Positions 16,475 through 25,361 of a stretch of 64,000 nucleotides of DNA are shown piece after piece (the first letter of the stretch is position 1; every line of letters begins with the position of its first letter). The translations under genes were made by a program, and so were the position numbers. This DNA comes from a virus: positions 1 through 64,000 of the IMG/VR virus record IMGVR_UViG_3300036820_000011; one strand, given 5' to 3'. The notes below the pieces were generated by a model, which was given only the letters and a program-made list of their open reading frames with translations, made no database searches and was not told the DNA's origin.

Positions 16475-16780
16475 GTGGATGACATCGTGCGCGAGGCGAG
16501 CGCAGAGGTCCGTATCAATTTGGACCGCAGCGGGCCTGTCCGGAAGATCGAGGACCCGTTCGGTGGTCAGCGCATCGTCTATGGGCTGCGCATCAGGTAC
16601 GTCCGGGGCAACTGGCGCAACTCAACCGGAAAGCAGGTGGACAGGGCCGACGTCACCGCCGAGTGCCGAAGTGATGCCTTCGCGGTTCTCGGCGACTTCC
16701 CGCAATGGCTCGCCGACCTGGTGGAACAGCACCGCCCCGTCGCCCTGCTCGGCTCCGTGCCGAAGCCTGAGGAGCGCTGA
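16475..16780 (+). CDS. Hypothetical protein
   Basis: ORF with RBS, in operon. Confidence 0.55.
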   Translation: MDDIVREASAEVRINLDRSGPVRKIEDPFGGQRIVYGLRIRYVRGNWRNSTGKQVDRADVTAECRSDAFAVLGDFPQWLADLVEQHRPVALLGSVPKPEER

Positions 16781-16782
16781 CA

Positions 16783-17286
16783 ATGGCCTACCAGGACGCG
16801 TCCGCTGCTCACGACGGGCCGTGGACGCCGGAGGAGGAAGAGTTGCTCGCTGCCAGCGTCCCGCAGGCACAGAGTGCGCGGGTGGGTGATCTCCAGGCGC
16901 TGCACGAGGCGTACCGGCCGACGTCACTGGCCGGGTACACCCGGGGCGACCAGCTCCGGTTCGAGGCGATGGACCGGGAGGTGAAGCGCCGGGACGGCCT
17001 GTTCGCCGCACTCATGGAGATCCTGCCGACCTATACCCGGGGCAGCGGGGCGTTCGTGCCGCTGCGCGACCAGGGCCGGGCCATGGGACCGGTCGCCGAC
17101 TCAGCCAGTGAACGGAGGCTCCGCCGGATGCGGGACGACCTGCCCGCACTCAGGGCTGAATACGAGATGGTCATGGAAGCGTCCAGGACCTGCAACCTGA
17201 CCCGGGAGACCCGGACCCGGGTGTTCAACCACCTCCACGCACTCCGGAACATGATCCGCATCTGTGACGCAGGGAGGCCGTTCTGA
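16783..17286 (+). CDS. Hypothetical protein
   Basis: RBS GAGGAG; operon packing. Confidence 0.65.
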   Translation: MAYQDASAAHDGPWTPEEEELLAASVPQAQSARVGDLQALHEAYRPTSLAGYTRGDQLRFEAMDREVKRRDGLFAALMEILPTYTRGSGAFVPLRDQGRAMGPVADSASERRLRRMRDDLPALRAEYEMVMEASRTCNLTRETRTRVFNHLHALRNMIRICDAGRPF

Positions 17287-17609
17287 TGGCCGGAACACCG
17301 CTGCGCCTGTGCGGCGGCTGCAACCGCAACTTCCTGACCTGGGCAGCGAACCGGCCCGGCACGGACATGTACCTGTGTCCGGCGTGCACGGCGAAGCTGC
17401 CGCAGTGGGACCCGCAGCCATGGGCACCCCGCGAGATCGGCCGCCGTCTCGTCAGTGACGAGTGCTCACTGACCACCGACAAGCGCCGCCACCGGGTGAT
17501 CGCCCGGGACGGGGACGCGGTCACCGTGGCACGGTACCTGTACCCCGGGCTCGGTACGCCGTTCACCGTCCGTCTGTCCGCTACCGTGCCCGTCGTCTTC
17601 GGGCAGTGA
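17286..17609 (+). CDS. Zn-finger protein
   Basis: CGGC...CPAC; TGATG overlap. Confidence 0.6.
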   Translation: MAGTPLRLCGGCNRNFLTWAANRPGTDMYLCPACTAKLPQWDPQPWAPREIGRRLVSDECSLTTDKRRHRVIARDGDAVTVARYLYPGLGTPFTVRLSATVPVVFGQ

Positions 17610-17736
17610 GGGGTGACCATGACCACCAACACGGTCTTCCTGATCGCCGCCGCCGCGTGCTTCGCGGTCGGCGTCGTCCTCTGGGCCTGGGGGACGCTGC
17701 GATGACCCGTGAGCTGACCCGGAGGGGTGAGAGCTG

Positions 17737-17949
17737 ATGCTGTCGAACACCAACCGGGACCGCAGGGACGAGGCGAACCCCGATCTGGCGTGCACCGCCT
17801 GTCGGGGCATCCTGCGCTGGTACGGCCACGGCGGTGTCGGCTATCTGCACATCCATGTGAGTGGTCCGTCCCGGGGGAAGTTCTTCGGGACGGACCACCC
17901 GGTCCCTGAGAACCAACGGCACAATCCGAGAAAGGACCACCGGTCATGA
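17737..17949 (+). CDS. Hypothetical Cys/His protein
   Basis: CTAC...H...H. Confidence 0.5.
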   Translation: MLSNTNRDRRDEANPDLACTACRGILRWYGHGGVGYLHIHVSGPSRGKFFGTDHPVPENQRHNPRKDHRS

Positions 17950-18176
17950 GCGTCCCGAAGCGCCGCAGGGACTACGCGAGCAACGCCCGCAAGCGCCCGG
18001 CCAAGCAGTCCGGGTGCACCTGGTGCGGGGCGGACACCGACCACGTGTCGATGTACTGCTCCGACGCCTGCCTCCAGGCCGACATGGAGGGGATTGAGGA
18101 CCGCCCGCCGGTCACCGTCCTCGCCTTCAACGCGGCCGGGTGCTCGGACGAGTACCTGGCCCGGAAGTGGAGCTGA
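17946..18176 (+). CDS. Zn-ribbon protein
   Basis: CTWCG....YCSDAC. Confidence 0.6.
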   Translation: MSVPKRRRDYASNARKRPAKQSGCTWCGADTDHVSMYCSDACLQADMEGIEDRPPVTVLAFNAAGCSDEYLARKWS

Positions 18177-18343
18177 CCATCGAGCACGCGGGCTCCTGCG
18201 GACCGTCCCGTGGGGGCTTCCGCGTGTGCTACTGCACCGGGCCCTGCTGCCGGAGAGAGGTGCACGGACTGCGCGTGTGCGTCTGCCCCGGCTGCCGGGC
18301 CACCCCGTCCTGTGCGGGCCACCGACAACGAGAGGACCACTGA
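18167..18343 (+). CDS. Cys-rich small protein
   Basis: 9 Cys in 58 aa. Confidence 0.45.
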   Translation: MELTIEHAGSCGPSRGGFRVCYCTGPCCRREVHGLRVCVCPGCRATPSCAGHRQREDH

Positions 18344-18345
18344 TC

Positions 18346-18564
18346 ATGGACGTCACCGATCTGGAGATCAAGCGCCGCTACCGCAGCGTCCGGGAGCCGG
18401 ACAGGCTGGTCGAGGTGACCCGCATCTGGGACAAGGGAGCCGGGACCGAAGACGTCGGTGTCGCCTACGACATCGTCTCCGACCGCAAGGGTGCCTACCG
18501 GCCGGGGTCCTACTTCAGTGTCCTGCGCATCGGCCTGTTCCTGGAGCTGTACCGGCCCGCCTGA
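18346..18564 (+). CDS. Hypothetical protein, paralog A
   Basis: RYRSV..VTR..YDIV.D...Y.PG..SVL...F.ELYRPA shared with the next gene. Confidence 0.75.
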   Translation: MDVTDLEIKRRYRSVREPDRLVEVTRIWDKGAGTEDVGVAYDIVSDRKGAYRPGSYFSVLRIGLFLELYRPA

Positions 18565-18585
18565 CCCAACGAGAGGACAACTGGT

Positions 18586-18795
18586 ATGAATCACGACGAG
18601 GTAGCCGTTCGGCAGCGGTACCGGTCGGTCATAGACCGGGCTCATCTGGTGAAAGTGACCCGGGTGTACATCCGGGGCGGACGCCTGAACGTTGAGTACG
18701 ACATCGTTGCCGACTCCGAGAACAGGTATGCACCCGGCACCCACGGCAGCGTACTCAGCATGACCGATTTCGCCGAGCTGTACCGACCCGCCTGA
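18586..18795 (+). CDS. Hypothetical protein, paralog B
   Basis: Tandem paralog of 18346..18564. Confidence 0.75.
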   Translation: MNHDEVAVRQRYRSVIDRAHLVKVTRVYIRGGRLNVEYDIVADSENRYAPGTHGSVLSMTDFAELYRPA

Positions 18796-18930
18796 GCGAC
18801 GGCAGCCACCGCCGCAACCCGGCAGCGGCCCACCCCGCTGCCGGGCACCCGCAGCCTCCCCGGGATGCCGCCTGCCCGGGAAGGCTGCCGCCACGTCCAC
18901 CGACCGAACCGACCACCGAAGGGAACCGCC

Positions 18931-19137
18931 ATGGCCGCCACCGTGCGCCAGGAACTGGAGCAGCACCTGATCAACTGCGGCAACTGCCTCGGAGACATCG
19001 ACGCCGGAGGCAACATCGTCCCGGTCAGCCTGTGCAGGACCGGGCGTCGGCTGCACTTCGCCTACGCCTGGGACCTGGACGTCCAGGACGCCGTCCTGTC
19101 CGCCATGGAACGCGACCTGGCCGGGGGCACCGCATGA
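18931..19137 (+). CDS. Hypothetical protein
   Basis: Start-associated motif; H...CGNC...C..G pattern. Confidence 0.6.
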   Translation: MAATVRQELEQHLINCGNCLGDIDAGGNIVPVSLCRTGRRLHFAYAWDLDVQDAVLSAMERDLAGGTA

Positions 19138-19433
19138 AGATCCTGATCAACATTGAGGTGCTGCTGCCGGACGACGAGGACAGCCTGGAGTTCTGGGCCG
19201 AGTTCGCCGACCGCCCGGTCCCCCGCGTGGGGGACGCCGTCCAGTTCGACCTCGCCCATGACTTCGTGGTCGAGCGCGTCCAGTACGTGTTTCCGGCGGA
19301 AGGCGCGGCGGACGCCGGACCCGAAGTCTGGCTCTACTGCGTCCAGGGCGAGGTCGAGTCCGGCATGGGCTGCACCGTCGCCACCTACCGCGAATACCTG
19401 GCCAGATTCGCTGCTGTCAGCTGGGAGCAGTGA
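19134..19433 (+). CDS. Hypothetical protein
   Basis: VPRVGD motif; ATGA overlap. Confidence 0.6.
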   Translation: MKILINIEVLLPDDEDSLEFWAEFADRPVPRVGDAVQFDLAHDFVVERVQYVFPAEGAADAGPEVWLYCVQGEVESGMGCTVATYREYLARFAAVSWEQ

Positions 19434-19434
19434 C

Positions 19435-19671
19435 ATGACCGTCTACTCGATCCTGATGGGCCTGAACGGCATGTGGGGCGCGTACCTGGCCGGGAAGGCG
19501 AAGCCGCGCGGCTGGGCGATGCTCTTTCTCGGCCAGGTGCTCTGGCTCGGTTACGAGGTGATGGGCTGGGCCACGCTGAAGTGGCTGATCCCCAGCACGC
19601 TCGGCTACCTGGCTGTCTACATCGTCAATTACCGGCGGCTGCGCCGGTCCCGAGCAGAAGAGGACACCTGA
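19435..19671 (+). CDS. Small PnuC-like membrane protein
   Basis: G.YLAG..K..GW....GQVLW..Y, about 3 TMs. Confidence 0.6.
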   Translation: MTVYSILMGLNGMWGAYLAGKAKPRGWAMLFLGQVLWLGYEVMGWATLKWLIPSTLGYLAVYIVNYRRLRRSRAEEDT

Positions 19672-19673
19672 CC

Positions 19674-19871
19674 ATGCCCATCCGCTACAGCCACAAGACC
19701 ACGATCATCCCTGGCCTGCTGGCCATGCACGTCAACAAGGAATCGCACAGCTGGACCTGGGGCAACGCGCTGATCGGGCACCTGACCCTCTCCAGTAACG
19801 GCACCCGGACCTACTCCCACGTCCTGCTCGGCGGGGCCAGCTACCGCAGGACGAGCCGGAGGCAGCCGTGA
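19674..19871 (+). CDS. DUF4236-like protein
   Basis: MPIRYSHK..IIPG...VNK...SWT.G....T.SS.G.RT......GGASYR. Confidence 0.6.
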   Translation: MPIRYSHKTTIIPGLLAMHVNKESHSWTWGNALIGHLTLSSNGTRTYSHVLLGGASYRRTSRRQP

Positions 19872-19999
19872 GCCACTACGCATACGCCTACGCCTACGTC
19901 GAGAACTGCTGAGCGCAGCACGGTGGGAGCCGTTTCACGTGAAACGGCTCCCGGCCACGGGTGCTCAGCCCGCACGACCAACGACCGAGAGGAACCGCC

Positions 20000-20239
20000 A
20001 TGTCCGACACTTACGCCATCCGCACCGATCGCCTCCGCCCGGGGGACGTCATCGTGGAGCGGGAGCACACGTTCACCCGCCGTACCGAGGTCGTCATCCT
20101 TCCGGCCCCGGTCACGATCAACTACGGCCCGCTGACCGTGGACGTCTTCGAGGTCAGCGGATTCGACAACGCCCACGGCACGGACCGCAAGGTCCGGTTC
20201 GTCGCTCCCGGGTCGCGGCTGTGGTCCGTCGCCCGGTGA
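20000..20239 (+). CDS. Hypothetical protein
   Basis: Start-associated motif; LRPGDVI. Confidence 0.65.
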   Translation: MSDTYAIRTDRLRPGDVIVEREHTFTRRTEVVILPAPVTINYGPLTVDVFEVSGFDNAHGTDRKVRFVAPGSRLWSVAR

Positions 20240-20574
20240 CCGGGCTCCCGCTGTCCGCCATGGAGCTGTTCATCCTCCAGCGCATGGCGCTGGGGGACAC
20301 CTACACCGAATCGGGCAGGCGGTGGGGGACGACCGGGAGGAGTGCGGGATTCGCCGGGTACCGGGCCATCCACAAGCTCGGTGCCCGGAACATCGTGCAC
20401 GCCGCAGTCATCGCCCTGACCACCGGTCTCATCCACCCTGAGGAGTGCGGGACGGTCCGGACCTACTACTGGCACAAGGCGCACGGCGAGAAGCCGTGCA
20501 CCGCCTGCAAGGCCGCGCGCGGGGACCACGACCGGCCACTCGCCTACTACCGCCGAAAGGACCAGCAGTCATGA
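20236..20574 (+). CDS. LuxR-type HTH regulator with C-terminal Cys/His zinc motif
   Basis: LSAMEL.IL..MA.G.T..E....IHKLGARN..HA..IA...GLI; CGT...Y..H...GEKPC.AC. Confidence 0.75.
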   Translation: MTGLPLSAMELFILQRMALGDTYTESGRRWGTTGRSAGFAGYRAIHKLGARNIVHAAVIALTTGLIHPEECGTVRTYYWHKAHGEKPCTACKAARGDHDRPLAYYRRKDQQS

Positions 20575-20756
20575 CACGCAAGCCGAAGGACATGCCCGAC
20601 CCGGTCACCGATCCCGAGGCGTTCGACGCCTGGGCCACGGAGCTGGCGAAGGAGACAGCGAAGTCGGCCCACAAGAGCCGCGTCGTGAACAACTCCGGGA
20701 TCATCAACACCGGAACAATGATCAACGTCCAGAACGGCGGAGGTGACCAGCGGTGA
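20571..20756 (+). CDS. Hypothetical protein
   Basis: RBS AAAGGA; ATGA overlap. Confidence 0.55.
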   Translation: MTRKPKDMPDPVTDPEAFDAWATELAKETAKSAHKSRVVNNSGIINTGTMINVQNGGGDQR

Positions 20757-20959
20757 GCTGCAAGCGCTGTCCGCACGGGTACGAGACCCTGGTCCGCCTG
20801 CCCTACCACGGGGCCCGCCGGGACAACGGCCCGGCCGCCGACGCCATCGCCGAGATGACGGGCGACGGCGCGCACGTCCACCACAACATGGACACCGACA
20901 ACTTCGACGTCGTCCGGCCCCTGAGCGACCCCGGTCTCCGGCTGCGGGCGCACCCGTGA
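20753..20959 (+). CDS. Hypothetical protein
   Basis: GTGA overlap. Confidence 0.5.
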   Translation: MSCKRCPHGYETLVRLPYHGARRDNGPAADAIAEMTGDGAHVHHNMDTDNFDVVRPLSDPGLRLRAHP

Positions 20960-21204
20960 GCAGGCCGGTCTGGACCCATCGCGTCCTCCTGGCCTATGAG
21001 CCGGGAGCCAGCCCTGTGCATCTGGCCAGGCAGCTGCCCGGCACGCGGTGGATGGTCACCGCCTGCGCCGTCACCGCCTCGCGGATCAGTTGGCACGACT
21101 GGATCAGCGACGACACATCCGAGCCCGCCACCTACCGGGACTGCCTCGCCGTGCAGGCATCCCTGCAGAACGGCCGGGTCCGGGAGAACACACGCCGGAA
21201 CTGA
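20956..21204 (+). CDS. Hypothetical protein
   Basis: GTGA overlap. Confidence 0.5.
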   Translation: MSRPVWTHRVLLAYEPGASPVHLARQLPGTRWMVTACAVTASRISWHDWISDDTSEPATYRDCLAVQASLQNGRVRENTRRN

Positions 21205-21231
21205 CCACCGACGAACAGAGAGGAAACGACC

Positions 21232-21633
21232 GTGCCGCACATCGACTCGTACAGGATCAGGGAGGTAGGTACCCGGGCCGGTCTGCGGATCGGCCCCCAC
21301 TACCGCACCCCGCAGGACGACACGGCGCTGGTCGCCGTGTCCCGCTCGGCCTCCGACACCGGGATATCGTTCCTGCTGGAGCGCGACCAGGTCGCCCCGC
21401 TGGCCGACTTCCTGGCCAGCGGCGGCCAAGTACTCGCCTGGGAGACCGCGTCCCGGACCCTGACCGTCCACCGCTCCGGCGGTTCCTGGCGGTGGTCCGT
21501 CGGGAGCAGCACCGTCGACGGGTCCTCGCGCAGCGTCTGCCTGGACCGGGCGCAGATGCTGGAGCTGGCCGACTGGCTCTCGCACATCGACGCCTTCGGC
21601 TGGGCCGGATGGAAGTCGGGTGTATCCGCATGA
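21232..21633 (+). CDS. Hypothetical protein
   Basis: Start-associated motif GAGAGGAAAC. Confidence 0.65.
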   Translation: MPHIDSYRIREVGTRAGLRIGPHYRTPQDDTALVAVSRSASDTGISFLLERDQVAPLADFLASGGQVLAWETASRTLTVHRSGGSWRWSVGSSTVDGSSRSVCLDRAQMLELADWLSHIDAFGWAGWKSGVSA

Positions 21634-21676
21634 TCCAGGCGTACCCTGCGGCCAGGACCCCGCTGCAGGAGGCGCT

Positions 21677-21970
21677 GTGATCCACGACATCCTGATCTGG
21701 TTCGGTGTCACCAACGGCTCCGGCCACGCCTACCTCGCGTGGTCCGGTGCGGGGTCCGATATAGGGGAGATCACCATCATCGGTGGTCTCGCCATGGTCC
21801 TGCGGAAGCACAACTGCGAAGTGAGCGGCTGCTGGCGGCTCGGCCGCCACGACACGGCAGCAGGGCACACGGTCTGCCGCAGGCACCATCCGGACGGAGC
21901 ACCGACCCACGCGGACATCGTGGCCGCACACCATGCCGCCCTAGCGGCGGCGCGGGACTCCTCACAGTAA
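21677..21970 (+). CDS. Small membrane protein with C/H motif
   Basis: Y.AWSG.GSDIGE...HNC.V.GCWR.G.H......C.RHHP. Confidence 0.65.
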   Translation: MIHDILIWFGVTNGSGHAYLAWSGAGSDIGEITIIGGLAMVLRKHNCEVSGCWRLGRHDTAAGHTVCRRHHPDGAPTHADIVAAHHAALAAARDSSQ

Positions 21971-22070
21971 CCGCATCATCTCGAATCCCCCGGACCCCGG
22001 GATTCCCCGGCACCCCGCGAGCCAGCACACTCGTGCCAGGTGCACCTGTCCACCGGCCCGAGGGGACCAC

Positions 22071-22523
22071 ATGACCATGGCCGCGCACGTCCCGCCCGTC
22101 CGCATCCCGGCCTGGGAGGACTCCGCGCTCTGCCGCAGAGCGACGCCGGAGCAGATCGAGGCCGATTTCTTCCCGCTCATGGAGACCGAACTCCGGGCCC
22201 AGCGCACCTACGACCGCTGGTGCGGCGAGTGCCCGGTGATACATGAATGCCTGACCAGGGCACTGCTGTGCCACTCCGAGGGCATCTATGCCGGGACGAC
22301 CACCGGCACCCGCACCAAGCTGCTGAAGCGCCGCAGCCGGGCCAGGTGCCCGGTGCCGGGATGCCACGCGGCTGTCGACATAGAGATCACTGACCCGAGG
22401 GATGGAGAGATCATGCTGTCCGAGGTATGCCGCTGCTGCGGTGCGTCCTGGAAGGCCGACGGCCCGCCCGGCTCCAAGCCGGTGGCCCTGAGACTGAGCA
22501 CATCCCCTGCGGTGGAGCCGTGA
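22071..22523 (+). CDS. whiB: WhiB-family transcription factor with extra C-terminal Zn ribbon
   Basis: W...ALC....FFP...C.ECPV..EC..AL....GIYAG.T..R; CPVPGC..CRCCG. Confidence 0.85.
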   Translation: MTMAAHVPPVRIPAWEDSALCRRATPEQIEADFFPLMETELRAQRTYDRWCGECPVIHECLTRALLCHSEGIYAGTTTGTRTKLLKRRSRARCPVPGCHAAVDIEITDPRDGEIMLSEVCRCCGASWKADGPPGSKPVALRLSTSPAVEP

Positions 22524-22726
22524 GCGCGGCCTACACCGCCGCCGATCTGGCCGACCACGCCGACCGGCTGACCGAGCTGCTGGAGGCCAAGCGCGAGCAG
22601 TGCATCCAGGCCAGCCCGCAGTACACGATCTGGATCAACTGCCAGATCAAGGCGTTGTCCGAGCGGCTGGCAGAGATCGACCGCCAGTGCCGCGTCCTGC
22701 AGCGGAAGACCCCCCGCGCTGGATAG
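22520..22726 (+). CDS. Hypothetical coiled-coil protein
   Basis: GTGA overlap; last gene of the plus-strand operon. Confidence 0.5.
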   Translation: MSAAYTAADLADHADRLTELLEAKREQCIQASPQYTIWINCQIKALSERLAEIDRQCRVLQRKTPRAG

Positions 22727-23777
22727 CCAGCGCTTCTGCCCAGACCTCAGCCCATCGCCACGCATGATCACTAATCCTGAGCCCGTCTGTGGCTGCCCGA
22801 CCCTGGTCGGACAGCTCCAGGCGGGCTCTTTCATTTGTCCGCAGCAGATTGATCTTGGAGTACCAGGTGCGCGGCCGATCGGCCAGCAGGCCCACCCCGA
22901 GTGCGTGCAGCCGGACGTAGTCCTCACGCGGGGACATCACACACGGCACACCAGTCACTGCCATCTCCATCGGCTTGAGCGCCGATTTTCCGGCGTTGAA
23001 TTTCGTGTCCGCCAGCGGGGCGATGCCGATGCCGAGCCGGGCCACGGCGGCGGGCCACTCGGCCATGTCGATGATGTCCCCGCCGGGCGGGTCCTTCAGC
23101 AGCCCGAACGCCTCGCCGCATCCGGCCGGACCGCCCACGATGCGGAACTGCGCACCCTCGTTGACCAGCCGGGCCACGGCCCCGCCCAGGACCGAGGGGT
23201 CGTCCGGGTGGGAGACCAGGGTAGCGGGCCAGCCGATCACCTCGCTGTCGGTGCGCGGCAGGCCGTAGTAGTGGTCCGGCAGGAAGTTGGGGATCACCCG
23301 GCCCCGGCCGTGCTGGGCGTAGACCTTCAGCAGCGCGGGCGTGGTCGCCGTCACCAGGGTTGCGTCCCGGCACGCTTGCGCGAGGTAGGTCCAGGAGTGC
23401 CGCTGCTGCCTGCCGCGCTGCTGCGGGACCCGGGTGTGCCGGGGATGCAACTGCTCGTACGCCGGGTTCCGGGGGTGGATCGAGGACAGGTCGTCGTCCA
23501 CGTCCACCACCACGGCGACCCCCTTGCCCCGCAGGATCGAGACGGCCTGGCACAGCCAGGGGTGGGTGAGCCGCTGGAAGACCACCACGTCGGTGTCGTC
23601 CGTGGTCATCAGGACGTCGGAGACGATGTTGTCCGCACCGACGATCAGTTTGATGTCCCGGCCGCTGGGCTCGATCACCTCGACGTCCAGGCCCTGGGCC
23701 TGCAGCGCGCGGGCGGGCCAGGTCAGCCGGAAATGCCCACACGCGAAGACATCCGCCGGGTAACAGGTGACACGCAT
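22647..23777 (-). CDS. Glycosyltransferase (GT-B, GT4-like)
   Basis: CGHFRL..P, VVFQR, VVDVDDDL, VIPN, IGIAPL.DTKFN.GKS.LK.ME....G.P.V.S. Confidence 0.85.
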   Translation of the reverse strand: MRVTCYPADVFACGHFRLTWPARALQAQGLDVEVIEPSGRDIKLIVGADNIVSDVLMTTDDTDVVVFQRLTHPWLCQAVSILRGKGVAVVVDVDDDLSSIHPRNPAYEQLHPRHTRVPQQRGRQQRHSWTYLAQACRDATLVTATTPALLKVYAQHGRGRVIPNFLPDHYYGLPRTDSEVIGWPATLVSHPDDPSVLGGAVARLVNEGAQFRIVGGPAGCGEAFGLLKDPPGGDIIDMAEWPAAVARLGIGIAPLADTKFNAGKSALKPMEMAVTGVPCVMSPREDYVRLHALGVGLLADRPRTWYSKINLLRTNERARLELSDQGRAATDGLRISDHAWRWAEVWAEALAIQRGGSSAAGRGTGGRSLPAARTTP

Positions 23778-23786
23778 GTTCAGTCC

Positions 23787-24104
23787 TTACACGGCGGGGT
23801 TGGCAGTGGCGTGCCCGGCAGCGAGCCCGGCAGTGGCGACGACGACTGGCACCGGCTGGGGGGCGACGACCGGCTCCGGCGGGTACCGACCGGCCAGTGC
23901 CGTGTCCAGCTCGGCCAGGAGTTCGCTGTCAGTGATCACGCCGCTGTCCACCAGCAGCTTGATCAGAATGGATACGATGAACAGCACGCTGACCACGGCG
24001 ACCCGGATCGACTGGCTCTCCATCGCCAGGTCGACCCCGAGCGAGGCGGAGAACTTCTCGACGGCGGGTCGCAGCACGCCGCCGTACTGCCCGATCGTGG
24101 TCAC
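23787..24104 (-). CDS. Hypothetical protein
   Basis: GTGA overlap with the upstream gene. Confidence 0.6.
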   Translation of the reverse strand: MTTIGQYGGVLRPAVEKFSASLGVDLAMESQSIRVAVVSVLFIVSILIKLLVDSGVITDSELLAELDTALAGRYPPEPVVAPQPVPVVVATAGLAAGHATANPAV

Positions 24105-24646
24105 AGCGGGATCACCGTGATCCACCGGTCGGAGAAGGTGCCGGTACCAGAGCCGACCCGGTAGGCAGCCGTGAACGTGTTGCTGCCCGCCGTCAGTCCG
24201 GTGAACAGGCCGAACCAGCCACTGCGCCCGCCCTGGGTACCGAAGTTGCCGCCTGCGCTGGTGTCGTCCACCGCACTGATCGAAGACGCGCCGGAGACCT
24301 CGAAGCTCATGACAGAGCTGACCGTTCCGGAGTTCTGGCTGGCGCAGTAGACACTCACCAGGGCGTGCTGACCGGTCGTGACGGTGACTACCGGTCCGCT
24401 GGTCGTCGTCAGATTCGTCGTGTAGGTGGCCGAGGTCGTGGTATCGCTGGTTGCCACTTCCTGGGCGGCGATGGTCCGGGCGGCCAGGGCGTTGGCCCCG
24501 GTGGCCACCAGGATCTGGGCCCCTGCGGAGACCAGGGCGTTGCAGGAGGCGTTGAAGTTGTCCCGGACGGAGGCGTTCCATTGCGCAGCCGTCAGGATGG
24601 CTCCGGAAACCGCAGTCAGCGGCGCGGTCCACGCAATCTTGATCAC
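24101..24646 (-). CDS. Minor tail / structural protein
   Basis: AWTAP....G..LTAAQWN..VRDN N-terminus typical of actinophage tail proteins; GLTAGSNTFT..YR. Confidence 0.7.
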   Translation of the reverse strand: MIKIAWTAPLTAVSGAILTAAQWNASVRDNFNASCNALVSAGAQILVATGANALAARTIAAQEVATSDTTTSATYTTNLTTTSGPVVTVTTGQHALVSVYCASQNSGTVSSVMSFEVSGASSISAVDDTSAGGNFGTQGGRSGWFGLFTGLTAGSNTFTAAYRVGSGTGTFSDRWITVIPL

Positions 24647-24667
24647 CTCCTTCCGGATAAGTCGGTC

Positions 24668-24931
24668 TCAGGGGTTGGCGGTACCGGACGCCTTCGCCGT
24701 TCCGGTCCTGACCGTGGCCGACCGGGACGCCGTCGGGGACGCCGTCGGGGACGCCAGCCTCCCCTCCAGTTCGAGCAGCCGGGCCTCCAGTGCGGCGACC
24801 TGGGCGGCTAGCGCAGCGGTCTCCTGTGCGGCCCTGGCCCGTATCTTCTCCTCGGTGCTGGCGACCGCCGCCTCCAGGCGGGCCTCCATCGCCTGGACAG
24901 CTGCCTCGATCGTCTGTGCGTTCACGCCCAT
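24668..24931 (-). CDS. Coiled-coil hypothetical protein
   Basis: Heptad Ala/Glu-rich; RBS GGAG. Confidence 0.6.
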   Translation of the reverse strand: MGVNAQTIEAAVQAMEARLEAAVASTEEKIRARAAQETAALAAQVAALEARLLELEGRLASPTASPTASRSATVRTGTAKASGTANP

Positions 24932-24971
24932 GTCTCCACTCCCCTGCCTCGTTCCGGACGGTGCCAGGATG

Positions 24972-25361
24972 TCACGTCCGCGCCCTCCTGCCGTCCGGGA
25001 CGCCGTGCGCCTCGTTCTCGGCCCGCAGGTCGGCGATGCTCTGGCCGTGGGGAACATGAAATGCCACGGCTACCGGGTGGTCCGCCGGGTACCAGTTGCG
25101 GGTGCCGGGTACGGGCCGCTGATGCAGGACGGCCATCGCGGCAGTAGCGAACCGCTGGGACGGCCAGCTGATCTCCGCCGAGGCGTTGCACTCCGAACAG
25201 CGGAACAGCAGTCGGGGAACGTCCCGGGGGTTGTCCGGTCCGACCGGCAGGTGTGGCCTGCGCAGAGCGAACAGGAACTCAGTGTCCGCGCAGTCCGGCC
25301 GTACGCAGTCGGCTACCCATTCACCCCGGTAGACGTAGGCGCGTGCTTCCACGGTGCTCAC
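24972..25361 (-). CDS. Zn-binding hypothetical protein
   Basis: WVADC...C ... CSEC ... RNWYP. Confidence 0.65.
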   Translation of the reverse strand: MSTVEARAYVYRGEWVADCVRPDCADTEFLFALRRPHLPVGPDNPRDVPRLLFRCSECNASAEISWPSQRFATAAMAVLHQRPVPGTRNWYPADHPVAVAFHVPHGQSIADLRAENEAHGVPDGRRART

